This document shows, one piece after another, positions 11,169 through 21,398 of a stretch of DNA of 64,000 bases. Under the pieces are notes generated by a model. The model saw only the letters and a program-made list of their open reading frames with translations, did not search any database and was not told the origin of the DNA. A program made the position numbers and the translations under genes. Every line of letters starts with the position of its first letter. Within the stretch, counting starts at the first letter, position 1. Source of the stretch: an uncultured Chloroflexia bacterium (GTDB lineage: Bacteria; Chloroflexota; Anaerolineae; B4-G1; SLSP01); contig CAVVUS010000014.1 in assembly GCA_963751345.1 (NCBI GenBank), forward strand, positions 128,001 to 192,000, written 5' to 3'.

Positions 11169-11510
11169 TCACAATTGCACAAAGCGCTCGACCGGCAGCA
11201 CAAAGACCGTCGCACCCCCTACCCGTGCTTCGATCATCATTGGATAACCCGGTGAGAGGGACAGCTCGACACCCATCGGCACATAGCGGATTCGGCTGGG
11301 ACACTTCTCACGAACCAATGAGAAAAAGATCGGCAAGCGCGGCTCAGACATCCCAACAACCAGCGTGACCATAGCTTCGTGCAGGAAACCACCGACGGCA
11401 TCCAAGGTGGTTACCGGGAACTGTTGCTCGTTGAGGGCCTTCAGGAGATCCTTTGACTGCCCTCCATCGATTATGGTGATGGCCATGCGATCGATTTGCT
11501 CGTCAGGCAT
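11169..11510 (-). CDS. PII-like cyclic-di-AMP receptor (DarA/PstA family), divergent long form
   Basis: GGFLH, YPMMIEARVGGATVFVLPVERFVQL resemble the PstA C-terminus. Confidence 0.78.
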   Translation of the reverse strand: MPDEQIDRMAITIIDGGQSKDLLKALNEQQFPVTTLDAVGGFLHEAMVTLVVGMSEPRLPIFFSLVREKCPSRIRYVPMGVELSLSPGYPMMIEARVGGATVFVLPVERFVQL

Positions 11511-11550
11511 ACGTGTCTCCCCCGTGAGGTTGCAGGTCTATCTTCCGTTG

Positions 11551-11579
11551 ATTATAATGCCTTTGCAGTGATTTGTAAA
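11551..11579 (-). promoter_or_regulatory. Sigma70-type promoter for the darA-like operon
   Basis: TTTACA-17bp-TATAAT on the minus strand. Confidence 0.55.
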
Positions 11580-11633
11580 AGAATAGGGAGCTGAACTTTG
11601 CCGAAATCCACCACCAGCCGGGAGCCCGACGAT

Positions 11634-12422
11634 ATGGCCGAACGCAACTACGTGAGTGCCGGGGATCTCGTGCTCCTGACCGGGAGTGACCGGAAACCCG
11701 CGATCGTCCGCATGCAGTCAGGCCTCGAGTACCAAACACATCACGGCGTCGTCACTCACGATGCGATCATCGGTCGCCGCTGGGGTGAAACCGTCGAGAC
11801 GCATTTGGGTTACGGCTACACGATTCTACCGCCCTCGCTCGATGAGATGATCCGCGACGTCCGCCGTGTCACGCAGATCATCTACCCCAAAGAGATCGGC
11901 TATATGCTGATGAAGATGAACATCGGGCCCGGCACGCGCGTGCTCGAAGCCGGGACGGGCAGCGGAGGACTGACCTTGGCGCTGGCGCGCATGGTCCAGT
12001 CCGAAGGCCACGTCTACAGCTATGAGGTGCGACCGGAGATGCAGGCCATCGCCGAGAACAATCTATTGCGAGTCGGCCTGGCTGGCTACGTCACCTTCAA
12101 AGTCCGCGACATCGAGGAGGGCTTCGACGAGCAAGGGCTCGACGCTGCCATCCTCGATGTGCGGGAGCCGTGGCTCTATCTCGAACAGGTCCACGCAGCA
12201 CTCCGCGGCGGCGGCTTCTTCTGCAGCCTGGTGCCGACCATCAACCAGGTAGGCGTGCTGCTGCGAAACCTCGAGATGCGGCCCTTTGGCTTCACCGAGG
12301 TCGAGGAACTGTTGCTGCGTCCCTATAAACCGATTCCCGCTCGGCTGCGACCGGTCGATCGGATGGTCGCCCACACCGGATATCTGATCTTCGCCCGCGC
12401 GCTGCTGCCGGCCGAGGAGTAG
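11634..12422 (+). CDS. trmI: tRNA (adenine(58)-N1)-methyltransferase
   Basis: TQIIYPKE, LEAGTGSGGLT, LDVREPW, RMVAHTGYLIFAR. Confidence 0.92.
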   Translation: MAERNYVSAGDLVLLTGSDRKPAIVRMQSGLEYQTHHGVVTHDAIIGRRWGETVETHLGYGYTILPPSLDEMIRDVRRVTQIIYPKEIGYMLMKMNIGPGTRVLEAGTGSGGLTLALARMVQSEGHVYSYEVRPEMQAIAENNLLRVGLAGYVTFKVRDIEEGFDEQGLDAAILDVREPWLYLEQVHAALRGGGFFCSLVPTINQVGVLLRNLEMRPFGFTEVEELLLRPYKPIPARLRPVDRMVAHTGYLIFARALLPAEE

Positions 12423-12469
12423 ACCACGACGCTTCGAACGGCCTCAGTCTTTAGCGTCCTCCAAGGTTA

Positions 12470-12532
12470 GTAGTAACGACTTCAGTCGTTCTGCCGGTGA
12501 CACCAACGGGAGACCGCTGAAGCGGTCACTAC
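12470..12532. repeat. GTAG-family REP doublet (REPIN-like) between convergent genes
   Basis: GTAGT-AACGAC-TTCA-GTCGTT and inverted GTAGT-GACCGC-TTCA-GCGGTC. Confidence 0.7.
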
Positions 12533-12550
12533 GAACCGGTCTGATCTTGA

Positions 12551-13600
12551 CTAGGTGACGGTGCCCCTGGCGGCGACGGGCCAGACCGCCTCGATGTGAC
12601 CGCCGCGCACGGCGACGACCTCGTCGAAGAGATTGCTGACCGGGCAGCAATGATTCGGGATCACCGTCACGCGCTCACCGATCTCGGGCTTGTGCGCGCA
12701 GGCCGAAAAGTCCACATGCCCGTGCTCCTCCGACATCGAGTAGAACCGTGCCTCCGGATACTCCAGGATCAGGCCGTGCCCCTCCAACCCCGAGAGGTCC
12801 GACGAGAAAGTCTTACTTCCCCCATCGAGGATACCGCGATCTGCGGTCGGCCGGCTGACGACGGTGCAGGCCACACTCAGGGCGATTTGATCGAGCGTCA
12901 TCGCGCCGGACCTGAGAGTCGCCCGGTCCCCGTAGACGTAGGTGCCCGCGCGGTACTCGGTGACCTCGGTCCGCTCGTGGGCAGACCATGCTGCCGGTGT
13001 CCCACCGTAGCTCACACAGGCGATCTCCAGCCCATCCGGGGCCAGCAACGCCCGCGTCGCGCGCACAAAGTCATCGCTCTCGGCGTTGTGCGGGAAGGTC
13101 ATCAGACCCCCAAAACTCAGGGCCGGTGCCTCCGCGACCGCCCGTGCCAGCTCCGCCGCCTCCTGCGGCGATTGCACGCCGCAGCGGTGGGCGCCGGTGT
13201 CGAACTCGACGAGTACCGGCAGCTCGATCCCGGCACGTCCGGCGGCCTCTGCGTAGCCCTGCACCGTGAATACAGAATCGCCCGTCACACTGAGCCGGAT
13301 GCGGCGGGCCAGCGCCATCAGCCGGTCGAGCTTGGCCGCACCGACGATGTTGTAGGGCAGGAAGATGTCGTCCAACCCGGCGTTCGCCATCGCCTCGGCC
13401 TCGCTCACCTTCTGACACGTGATGCCGACCGCGCCCGCCGCGAGCTGCTTGCGAGCAATGGCGGGAACTTTGTGCGTCTTGATATGCGGACGGTTGGCGA
13501 TCCCATGCGCGTCCAGGTATCCCTGCAGCCGGGCGATGTTCGCCTCCATCCGATCCAGGTCGATGACGACCACAGGCGTCATCAGGTCGTCGCTGCGCAT
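12551..13600 (-). CDS. PLP-dependent D-threonine aldolase / D-serine dehydratase family protein
   Basis: TPVVVIDL, RPHIKTHK, HRCGV, DGGSKTFS, SEEHG, IPNHCC. Confidence 0.85.
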   Translation of the reverse strand: MRSDDLMTPVVVIDLDRMEANIARLQGYLDAHGIANRPHIKTHKVPAIARKQLAAGAVGITCQKVSEAEAMANAGLDDIFLPYNIVGAAKLDRLMALARRIRLSVTGDSVFTVQGYAEAAGRAGIELPVLVEFDTGAHRCGVQSPQEAAELARAVAEAPALSFGGLMTFPHNAESDDFVRATRALLAPDGLEIACVSYGGTPAAWSAHERTEVTEYRAGTYVYGDRATLRSGAMTLDQIALSVACTVVSRPTADRGILDGGSKTFSSDLSGLEGHGLILEYPEARFYSMSEEHGHVDFSACAHKPEIGERVTVIPNHCCPVSNLFDEVVAVRGGHIEAVWPVAARGTVT

Positions 13601-13605
13601 CAGGG

Positions 13606-13992
13606 CTACTCCTGTGGGACGACGGCGATGCAGTCCACCTCGATCAGCATCCCACCGGAGAGCCCCGCACCCACCGTCGTACGGGCGGGATAGGGCTTCT
13701 GGAGGTATCGCTGGTAGACCTCGTTCATCTCCCCGAAGTTGCTCAGGTCGGCCAGGAAGACGCCCACGCGAACCACGTTGGCCCAGGACGTCCCCGCGGC
13801 CTCCAGCAGGGTGGTGATGTTGTCGAAGACCAACTCGGCCTGCTCGCGGAAGCTGCCGATCCGGAGCTCACCCGAGACGGGGTCGACCGGGCCCTGGCCT
13901 GAGACGTAGACGATTGGACCCCCAGCGACGATTGCCTGGGAATACGGACCCTTGGGCGTGGCACCCTTCTCTGTGAAGATTTCCTTGCGCAT
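13606..13992 (-). CDS. ridA: RidA/YjgF family enamine/imine deaminase
   Basis: GPYSQAI, VSGQ, MNEVY, PARTTV, IEVDCIA. Confidence 0.88.
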   Translation of the reverse strand: MRKEIFTEKGATPKGPYSQAIVAGGPIVYVSGQGPVDPVSGELRIGSFREQAELVFDNITTLLEAAGTSWANVVRVGVFLADLSNFGEMNEVYQRYLQKPYPARTTVGAGLSGGMLIEVDCIAVVPQE

Positions 13993-14156
13993 TGTTGCCT
14001 CCTTTGGCGTGATAGGAATTAGGAATGGGTGAACTGGGATTGGGCCGAAAAGCCCACCGATGACAGATGCTGCTCCCTCTCCTGGGTCCGATTATACACA
14101 AGGTGCGCCGCTCAGATAGTGGGCCGAACCCGGCCCATTCCCTTCACGACGGTTAC

Positions 14157-14185
14157 CTTCCGGGTTGCTCGGAGCAACCCGGAAG
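14157..14185. repeat. Perfect palindrome (14-bp arms)
   Basis: cttccgggttgctc-g-gagcaacccggaag. Confidence 0.7.
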
Positions 14186-14223
14186 ATCAGACACGACTAC
14201 CCCCGAAAATCCAGAAAAAGGGC

Positions 14224-14280
14224 TTGCATTAGAACATAAGTTCTACTATAATGGGAATATAGGATAGAACGTTTGATCTA
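14224..14280 (+). promoter_or_regulatory. Sigma70 promoter with two LexA (GAAC-N4-GTTC) boxes
   Basis: TTGCAT(14224)-17bp-TATAAT(14247); TAGAAC-ATAA-GTTCTA 14230-14245 fills the spacer; TAGAAC-GTTT-GATCTA 14265-14280. Confidence 0.8.
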
Positions 14281-14301
14281 TGCAAATCAAAAGGGAGGGG
14301 C

Positions 14302-14466
14302 ATGATGGTACGGCGCGAACCAAGGTGGAAACTGATTGATTGGTGGTCACTGGGCATCGCCAGCGCGGTCTTGCTCTTGGCGTTTGTGCTGCAACTGGGG
14401 CCGTCCGCAGACCAGGGGACGACCCTGGCGTCGACGGTCCTGGGCTTCCTGCAGTTTCTGTTCTGA
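14302..14466 (+). CDS. Unannotated 54-aa predicted membrane peptide under LexA control
   Basis: RBS aagggagggg then ATG; MMVRREPRWKLIDWWSLGIASAVLLLAFVLQLGPSADQGTTLASTVLGFLQFLF*; below the ORF track size cutoff. Confidence 0.7.
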   Translation: MMVRREPRWKLIDWWSLGIASAVLLLAFVLQLGPSADQGTTLASTVLGFLQFLF

Positions 14467-14520
14467 ATGTAGTGCGGGGCCGCGGCACGGTTCGATTTTG
14501 GGTATGACCCCAGTCCTTAC

Positions 14521-15309
14521 CTAACTTCTTCGCTTCGCCAGGAAGTCGAGGACGGCCCGATCAAAGGAAGCCGGTACCAGCAGGTTGGATGGGTCGCCCC
14601 CACCTTGCAGGATCCGGAATTGCGCGCCGGGGATACGATCCGCGGTGGTGCGCGCCATATTGATGGCAAGCTTCCCAAATGCGTCGCCAACCAGGACGAG
14701 CGTGGGCAGATCCATTTTGGGCAACTCGGTGATCACTGAAAAACGATTGACTTCCCGCCGTGCCTCGAGCAGCCAGCGCGAGGGCATCACCAGCAGGCGG
14801 CCGGCAAGGTACTGCCCCACCTCCGCGTGGCCCATCCTCTTGTACGTCCGGCGGATGAGGTAGGCCTGCAGCTTCGGCGGGAAGAACTTCAGGAGGAACC
14901 CCGCCAGCGACGCGTTGAACCGCTCCACAGGGCGGATGATGCCGCTCAGCGAGTCGACGAGGATCTGGCTGAGCGCGAGGGCGGGGTCGTTGACGACGAA
15001 CTGCTGCGCCACCATGCCGCCCATACTCACCCCGATGAGATGGGCGCGCCCCAGTTGGAGGATGGACACCAGATCGGTCAGATCGCGGGCGCAGTCATTG
15101 ATGCGGAAGGTGGATGGGATCTCGGATTGCCCGTGACCGCGCAGATCCGGGACAATGACGAAGTACCCCGCCGCAGGCAGAGACGTGATTTGCGGCTCCC
15201 ACATCGCGTGATCTGCCCCAATACCATGAATCAGCATAAGCGGCGGCGATGCAGGATCCCCATGGGTCTCGTAGTACAACGAGAGTTGGTCAAATGATTG
15301 GTAGTTCAC
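14521..15309 (-). CDS. Alpha/beta hydrolase fold protein
   Basis: LIHGIG, DLRGHGQS, GVSMGG nucleophile elbow; usual C-terminal catalytic His not evident (GGGDPSN). Confidence 0.8.
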   Translation of the reverse strand: MNYQSFDQLSLYYETHGDPASPPLMLIHGIGADHAMWEPQITSLPAAGYFVIVPDLRGHGQSEIPSTFRINDCARDLTDLVSILQLGRAHLIGVSMGGMVAQQFVVNDPALALSQILVDSLSGIIRPVERFNASLAGFLLKFFPPKLQAYLIRRTYKRMGHAEVGQYLAGRLLVMPSRWLLEARREVNRFSVITELPKMDLPTLVLVGDAFGKLAINMARTTADRIPGAQFRILQGGGDPSNLLVPASFDRAVLDFLAKRRS

Positions 15310-15322
15310 ACCTGTACTCGCG

Positions 15323-15943
15323 TCATGGATGTAGGTTGACCCTCACGGCTTCGGTATCCGGTGGCGAATCCGTCGCGTCGATGGGGGGCATCCTGCGCAG
15401 CCATACAAGCTGTCGAACGGCGGAGGTCACCCCGGCGACCGCCACGCCGGCAATAAAGGCGGATCCTGAAAGCACCGCAAGTACGATAAGAAACCCGGCC
15501 AGGGCCAGGTAACGTCCCATCTGGACGAGATAGCCCGTGCGTAGATGCATAGAGATCCTGCCATGTATGCCCCGCCGTGAGGCGCGATAGCCAAGGAGAT
15601 TGCCAACGTGCGTGGTGATGACGATGAGGAAGAGTCCCCAAACGTAACCGATGAACGGCACGCGCAGCTCCTGCGGGATAAAGTACAGCGCAGCGCCCAC
15701 CACGATACCGATGATCAATGCGGGGATCAGATGCCTTGGCGCCGCGATCTTCTCCTCCTTAACCGCCGATTGGAGCAGAGGGTTGCCCTCGACCGTGTTG
15801 ATGGGATAGCTCTGGTAGTGCTCACCATAGTGGAGACGCAGCTCCCGATTCTGCAGAATTGTGAGCAACCAATCCCCCCACATGAGAAAGAAGGTGACGA
15901 TACCAGCCGTCCAAGAGTGAGCCGCAAACCAATCGATGATCAA
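15323..15943 (-). CDS. Hypothetical multi-pass membrane protein
   Basis: Several hydrophobic helices, EGNPL motif; RBS ggaggt. Confidence 0.6.
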   Translation of the reverse strand: MIIDWFAAHSWTAGIVTFFLMWGDWLLTILQNRELRLHYGEHYQSYPINTVEGNPLLQSAVKEEKIAAPRHLIPALIIGIVVGAALYFIPQELRVPFIGYVWGLFLIVITTHVGNLLGYRASRRGIHGRISMHLRTGYLVQMGRYLALAGFLIVLAVLSGSAFIAGVAVAGVTSAVRQLVWLRRMPPIDATDSPPDTEAVRVNLHP

Positions 15944-15997
15944 AGCTACCTCCCCACAGTGTTTGCCCTAATCATAGCGCCAATGTATGAAACGGGA

Positions 15998-16043
15998 CAA
16001 ACAAAAGCCAGGCGGCTGATGGGATCTCTCCTCCATCAGCCGC
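15998..16043 (-). terminator. Intrinsic terminator downstream of glmS
   Basis: ggcggctgatgg/ccatcagccgcc hairpin followed by a T-rich run on the minus strand. Confidence 0.6.
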
Positions 16044-16111
16044 CCGCACGAAGCTGTCCCGAAGGATGCAGCCTCTCATTTGTGCGCAGAGCGTGTGGTT
16101 GAGCCTTATCC

Positions 16112-17956
<1,845 letters not shown>

Positions 17957-18140
17957 AGTTCCACCTCCCGTATTATTTACACGATCGACAATGGCATTGC
18001 ATGAGAGGCGCGCGTGACAAAACAGAACGAGTGACGGATAGTGGCAAGCAATGGAGTACGACCGCATCCTAAGCGAGCAGCTCTACGAGCCCTCACTCGC
18101 TACTCGTCACGCATAGCCTCATCCCACCGGAGGTCGGTGG

Positions 18141-18350
18141 ACTGCCCTGCCTCACGCTCTATCCCCGACAGTTACCTGCCGGCTTTGTAGTGAGGCTTAC
18201 TTCTAGGGGGAAATAGGGGAGGGCATAGTATCCCCTGACGGTCATCCGCCGAAGTGTACAGACTCCTTCGTCCATACATCACTCGATCAACCGTCTCCTC
18301 GTCATCCGCAAAGGCCTGGTAAACAAGCCCCGGGACCTGGCGCTGTTTCC
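18141..18350 (-). ncRNA. glmS ribozyme (GlcN6P-activated self-cleaving riboswitch)
   Basis: Minus strand reads AGCGCC-AGGUCC...GGAU-GACGAGG-AGACGG-UUGAUCGAG...UCGGCGGAUGACCGUC, then P3/P4 elements (UGCCCU/AGGGCA pseudoknot); in the glmS 5' UTR; predicted cleavage between 18344 and 18343. Confidence 0.9.
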
Positions 18351-18454
18351 CCAACTATGTCAGTTACATCCGTTCGATACCACCTCCTCTGTTAAAAAGA
18401 ACATCAGTATCTTCATAATACACCCGTTATCACGAGAACGCAAGTAGCAACTAC

Positions 18455-18497
18455 AGAAAAGACGATCCCCGGGCTATCGATTCAGCCCGGGGATCGT
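18455..18497 (-). terminator. Intrinsic terminator after the ABC substrate-binding gene
   Basis: acgatccccgggct/agcccggggatcgt hairpin followed by cttttct on the minus strand. Confidence 0.75.
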
Positions 18498-18528
18498 AAC
18501 GGCTATCCCATCGACCGAAAAGGTCGGT

Positions 18529-19956
18529 TTACTGGGGGGCCGCTTCCTGCAGGTACTGGTCGCACGTGGTGACCGTATCGCCCAGCGTGGGCTCGACGGG
18601 GGTGCCACTCAGGACGGAGGTCAGCATGTCGTCGATCGCGGCGCGGCACTCATCGTAGCCCGCTACGGGCGACTCAATGCCGTAGTCCATGAACATGAAC
18701 CCAAACGCCTTTTCGTACGTCGGATTCTGCGCAAAGTAATCCTTCAGCAAGTCCGCTGCGGAGGCCCGTGTTGGGAAGTAGCCCGTGCTGCTCGCCCACA
18801 ACGCCTGCGGTTCCGGCTCGCTCAGGTACTTGATGAACAACCACGCAGCCAGCTGCTGCTCAGGTGTGCTCACGTAGATCGACTGGCTTGCGCCATAGAT
18901 GTTCATCCGCGGATCAGCGGTGGTGTGCGGCGGCGGGTTCACGCTCCACTGGAACCCTGCACCGGCATCCACTGCGGTCCCGTAGTACGCCAGCCCGGAG
19001 ATCGAGCCGACGGTGAACAGAGAGTACCCGTTGCCGAAGTCCGTCTGATCGCCATAGGCTTCAGTCGCCTGCTTCGCACAACCCTTGTCCACGAGATTCT
19101 GCCAGTAGGTCAGCGTATCGACGCCTGGCTGCTCACCGAACACGTACTTCGTCCCGTCCTCACCGATAATGTTCCCACCCCGGCTGAAGACGAACGTCGC
19201 AAACCGCGAGGCATCCACCGAGTAAACGTAGCCCATCGGCTCGCCATCACCGGTCGCGCCGGAGAACGGCTTCGCAGATGCTGCGCATGCCATCTGCTCG
19301 AACTCATCCCACGTCGTGGGCGGTCCGTCGAAACCGAGCTCCGTCAGCCAGTCCTGGTTGTAGTACATCACTTCCATCGACTTGTAGGGCGGCCAACCAT
19401 AGCGCGCGCTGAACTGCGGCAGATAGTCCGCGCCCAGCGCGATCGGGAAGAAGTCATCCAGCTCAGACTGGCTGTAGCCCCACTTGGCGCTGTCGATATA
19501 GGGATCCAACGACACCAGCACACCCTGCGTCGCATACGTCGCGGCCTGGTTCTGGTAAGCTACCGACATAGAGGGCAACTGATTCGCCGGAATGCCTGCG
19601 ATGATCTTCTGGTACAGGTCATCGTATCCACCCTGGCTCTCGCCGGAGACCGTGATCCCCCACTCGTTCGTGCGGTTGAACTCATCGATCATCGACAGCA
19701 TCAGCTCTTCACGGGATCCCGTGTGCTGATACCAGTAGGTCACTTCCTGACCGCTCGGATCGACGTTCTCCAGATCGCCGTAGATCGCCGGATCGTACGA
19801 AGCTGACGCGGCGGGTGCCTGCGTCGCCTCCGGGGCCATCGTTGCTTCCATCGCTGGCGTTGGGGTTGGTGCCGTTGTCGCGGTGCCACAGCCCGCTGCA
19901 ATCAGCACCACCAGCGTAAGACCTGACAGTAGCGCAAGTAGCTTGCGTTCCTTCAT
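18529..19956 (-). CDS. Sugar/glycerol-3-phosphate-type ABC transporter substrate-binding lipoprotein
   Basis: Lipobox IAAGC, Thr/Pro/Ala linker, YYNQD, PPTTWDE, AWLFIKYL, TGYFP. Confidence 0.88.
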   Translation of the reverse strand: MKERKLLALLSGLTLVVLIAAGCGTATTAPTPTPAMEATMAPEATQAPAASASYDPAIYGDLENVDPSGQEVTYWYQHTGSREELMLSMIDEFNRTNEWGITVSGESQGGYDDLYQKIIAGIPANQLPSMSVAYQNQAATYATQGVLVSLDPYIDSAKWGYSQSELDDFFPIALGADYLPQFSARYGWPPYKSMEVMYYNQDWLTELGFDGPPTTWDEFEQMACAASAKPFSGATGDGEPMGYVYSVDASRFATFVFSRGGNIIGEDGTKYVFGEQPGVDTLTYWQNLVDKGCAKQATEAYGDQTDFGNGYSLFTVGSISGLAYYGTAVDAGAGFQWSVNPPPHTTADPRMNIYGASQSIYVSTPEQQLAAWLFIKYLSEPEPQALWASSTGYFPTRASAADLLKDYFAQNPTYEKAFGFMFMDYGIESPVAGYDECRAAIDDMLTSVLSGTPVEPTLGDTVTTCDQYLQEAAPQ

Positions 19957-20079
19957 TCTGCCATCCTCCTTCTGTAAATTCGGAAATTGGGGTACATCTC
20001 CCGAGTGAACCCTTCACAACCTAGTATATCATACTGTAGCCCGGACATCACCTCCTTTCGTGTTGTCTTTCTCGTGCCA

Positions 20080-21398
20080 TCAACCCTTCAGACCCGTCGT
20101 TGAGATACCTTCTGTGAATTGGCGCTGCGTGAAGAAATAGAGGACCAGAATCGGAATCGTCGTGATCACGGAGCCGGCCATCGTGAGCTGAGTCTCGGCA
20201 GCGGCTTCCTGGATAAAGCTGGCCAATCCCACTGTGATCGGGCGCCACTTCTCCGTGCTCGTCACAATCAGAGGCCACTGAAGCTGGTTCCACGCCCAGA
20301 TCGTGTTGAAGATAACCACCGACATCAGCGGGGCCCTCGACAGAGGCACCACCACCTGCGTCAGGAAACGCAAGTGACTGGCACCGTCAATCAGCGACGC
20401 TTCATAGAGCTCATCAGGAATCTGGGCAAAGAACTGGCGCAGCAGGAAGACACTGAAAGCATTGACCATGAAGGGGATCGTCAGCGCGGTCCAGTTATTG
20501 TACCACGCATTGGCGATCCCTAAATGCTTGTTGAAGTAATCATTGAGCCCCACGATGATCAAGTAGTTGGGAATGATCGTGACCGCGCCGGGGATCATGT
20601 AGGTCGCCAGGTAGAGGGAGAAGAAGAAAGTTCTTGAGCGGGAACCACATCCGGGCAAAAGCATAGGCCGCCAACGTCCCCGTGACCACGACGCCTGCGA
20701 CGGTCAAGAGGGTGATGATGACGCTGTTGCGCATGAAGAGGCTGAAGTTCGCCTCAGTCCACGCCCTGATATAGTTGAACATCAACATGACGCCGACGTT
20801 CCACTGTTCCTTGACCACGAAGTGGTTGGGATCCGGATCCAGGACCTGGAAGTGAGGCCCCCACCGACCGCGGTCGGTGGCATAGTAGTTGGGGCCACCC
20901 ACTTGGCGTCCCCTTGATGCGGGTTGTGAACTGCTGGATGATACGAGATCCCACAGTCACGTAGAACGTATCGTAGTTCTGCGTATCATCGTTGGTGGTG
21001 TCGATGGCCAGGATAAGGACCTGAAGTGGCAGCGACTCCCCGTCTTCCACAGCCTTCTGCTGGATGAATGGCGTCACCTTGTCGACGAGCATGACCCCTT
21101 CCAAGTCAGGACTGAAGGAATGCGGCGCGTTCTGCCACGCATCCGTCGGCGTCATCTGAACGACGACCTCCTGCGCACGAGGGCGACCGACGTAAGGCGC
21201 CGGCGTCAGTCCTGCGGGCCAGGCTATCCTCGCCCCGTACTCTCCATACGTCTTGAACGACGTTTCAAGCATATAGATAAAGGGGACAATCGCGATGACT
21301 GCACCCACGGCGAGAACCAGATACAGCAACGCGCGGGAGAGCCTGCGACGCGCCAGATAGTGCCCTGTTTGGTCCTGAACGGCCGAAGTGTTAGCCAT
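20080..21398 (-). CDS. Carbohydrate ABC permease (MalG-like) with a large extracytoplasmic insert (two apparent frameshifts)
   Basis: [43 protein letters not shown]-type loop, [12 protein letters not shown]. Confidence 0.82.
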
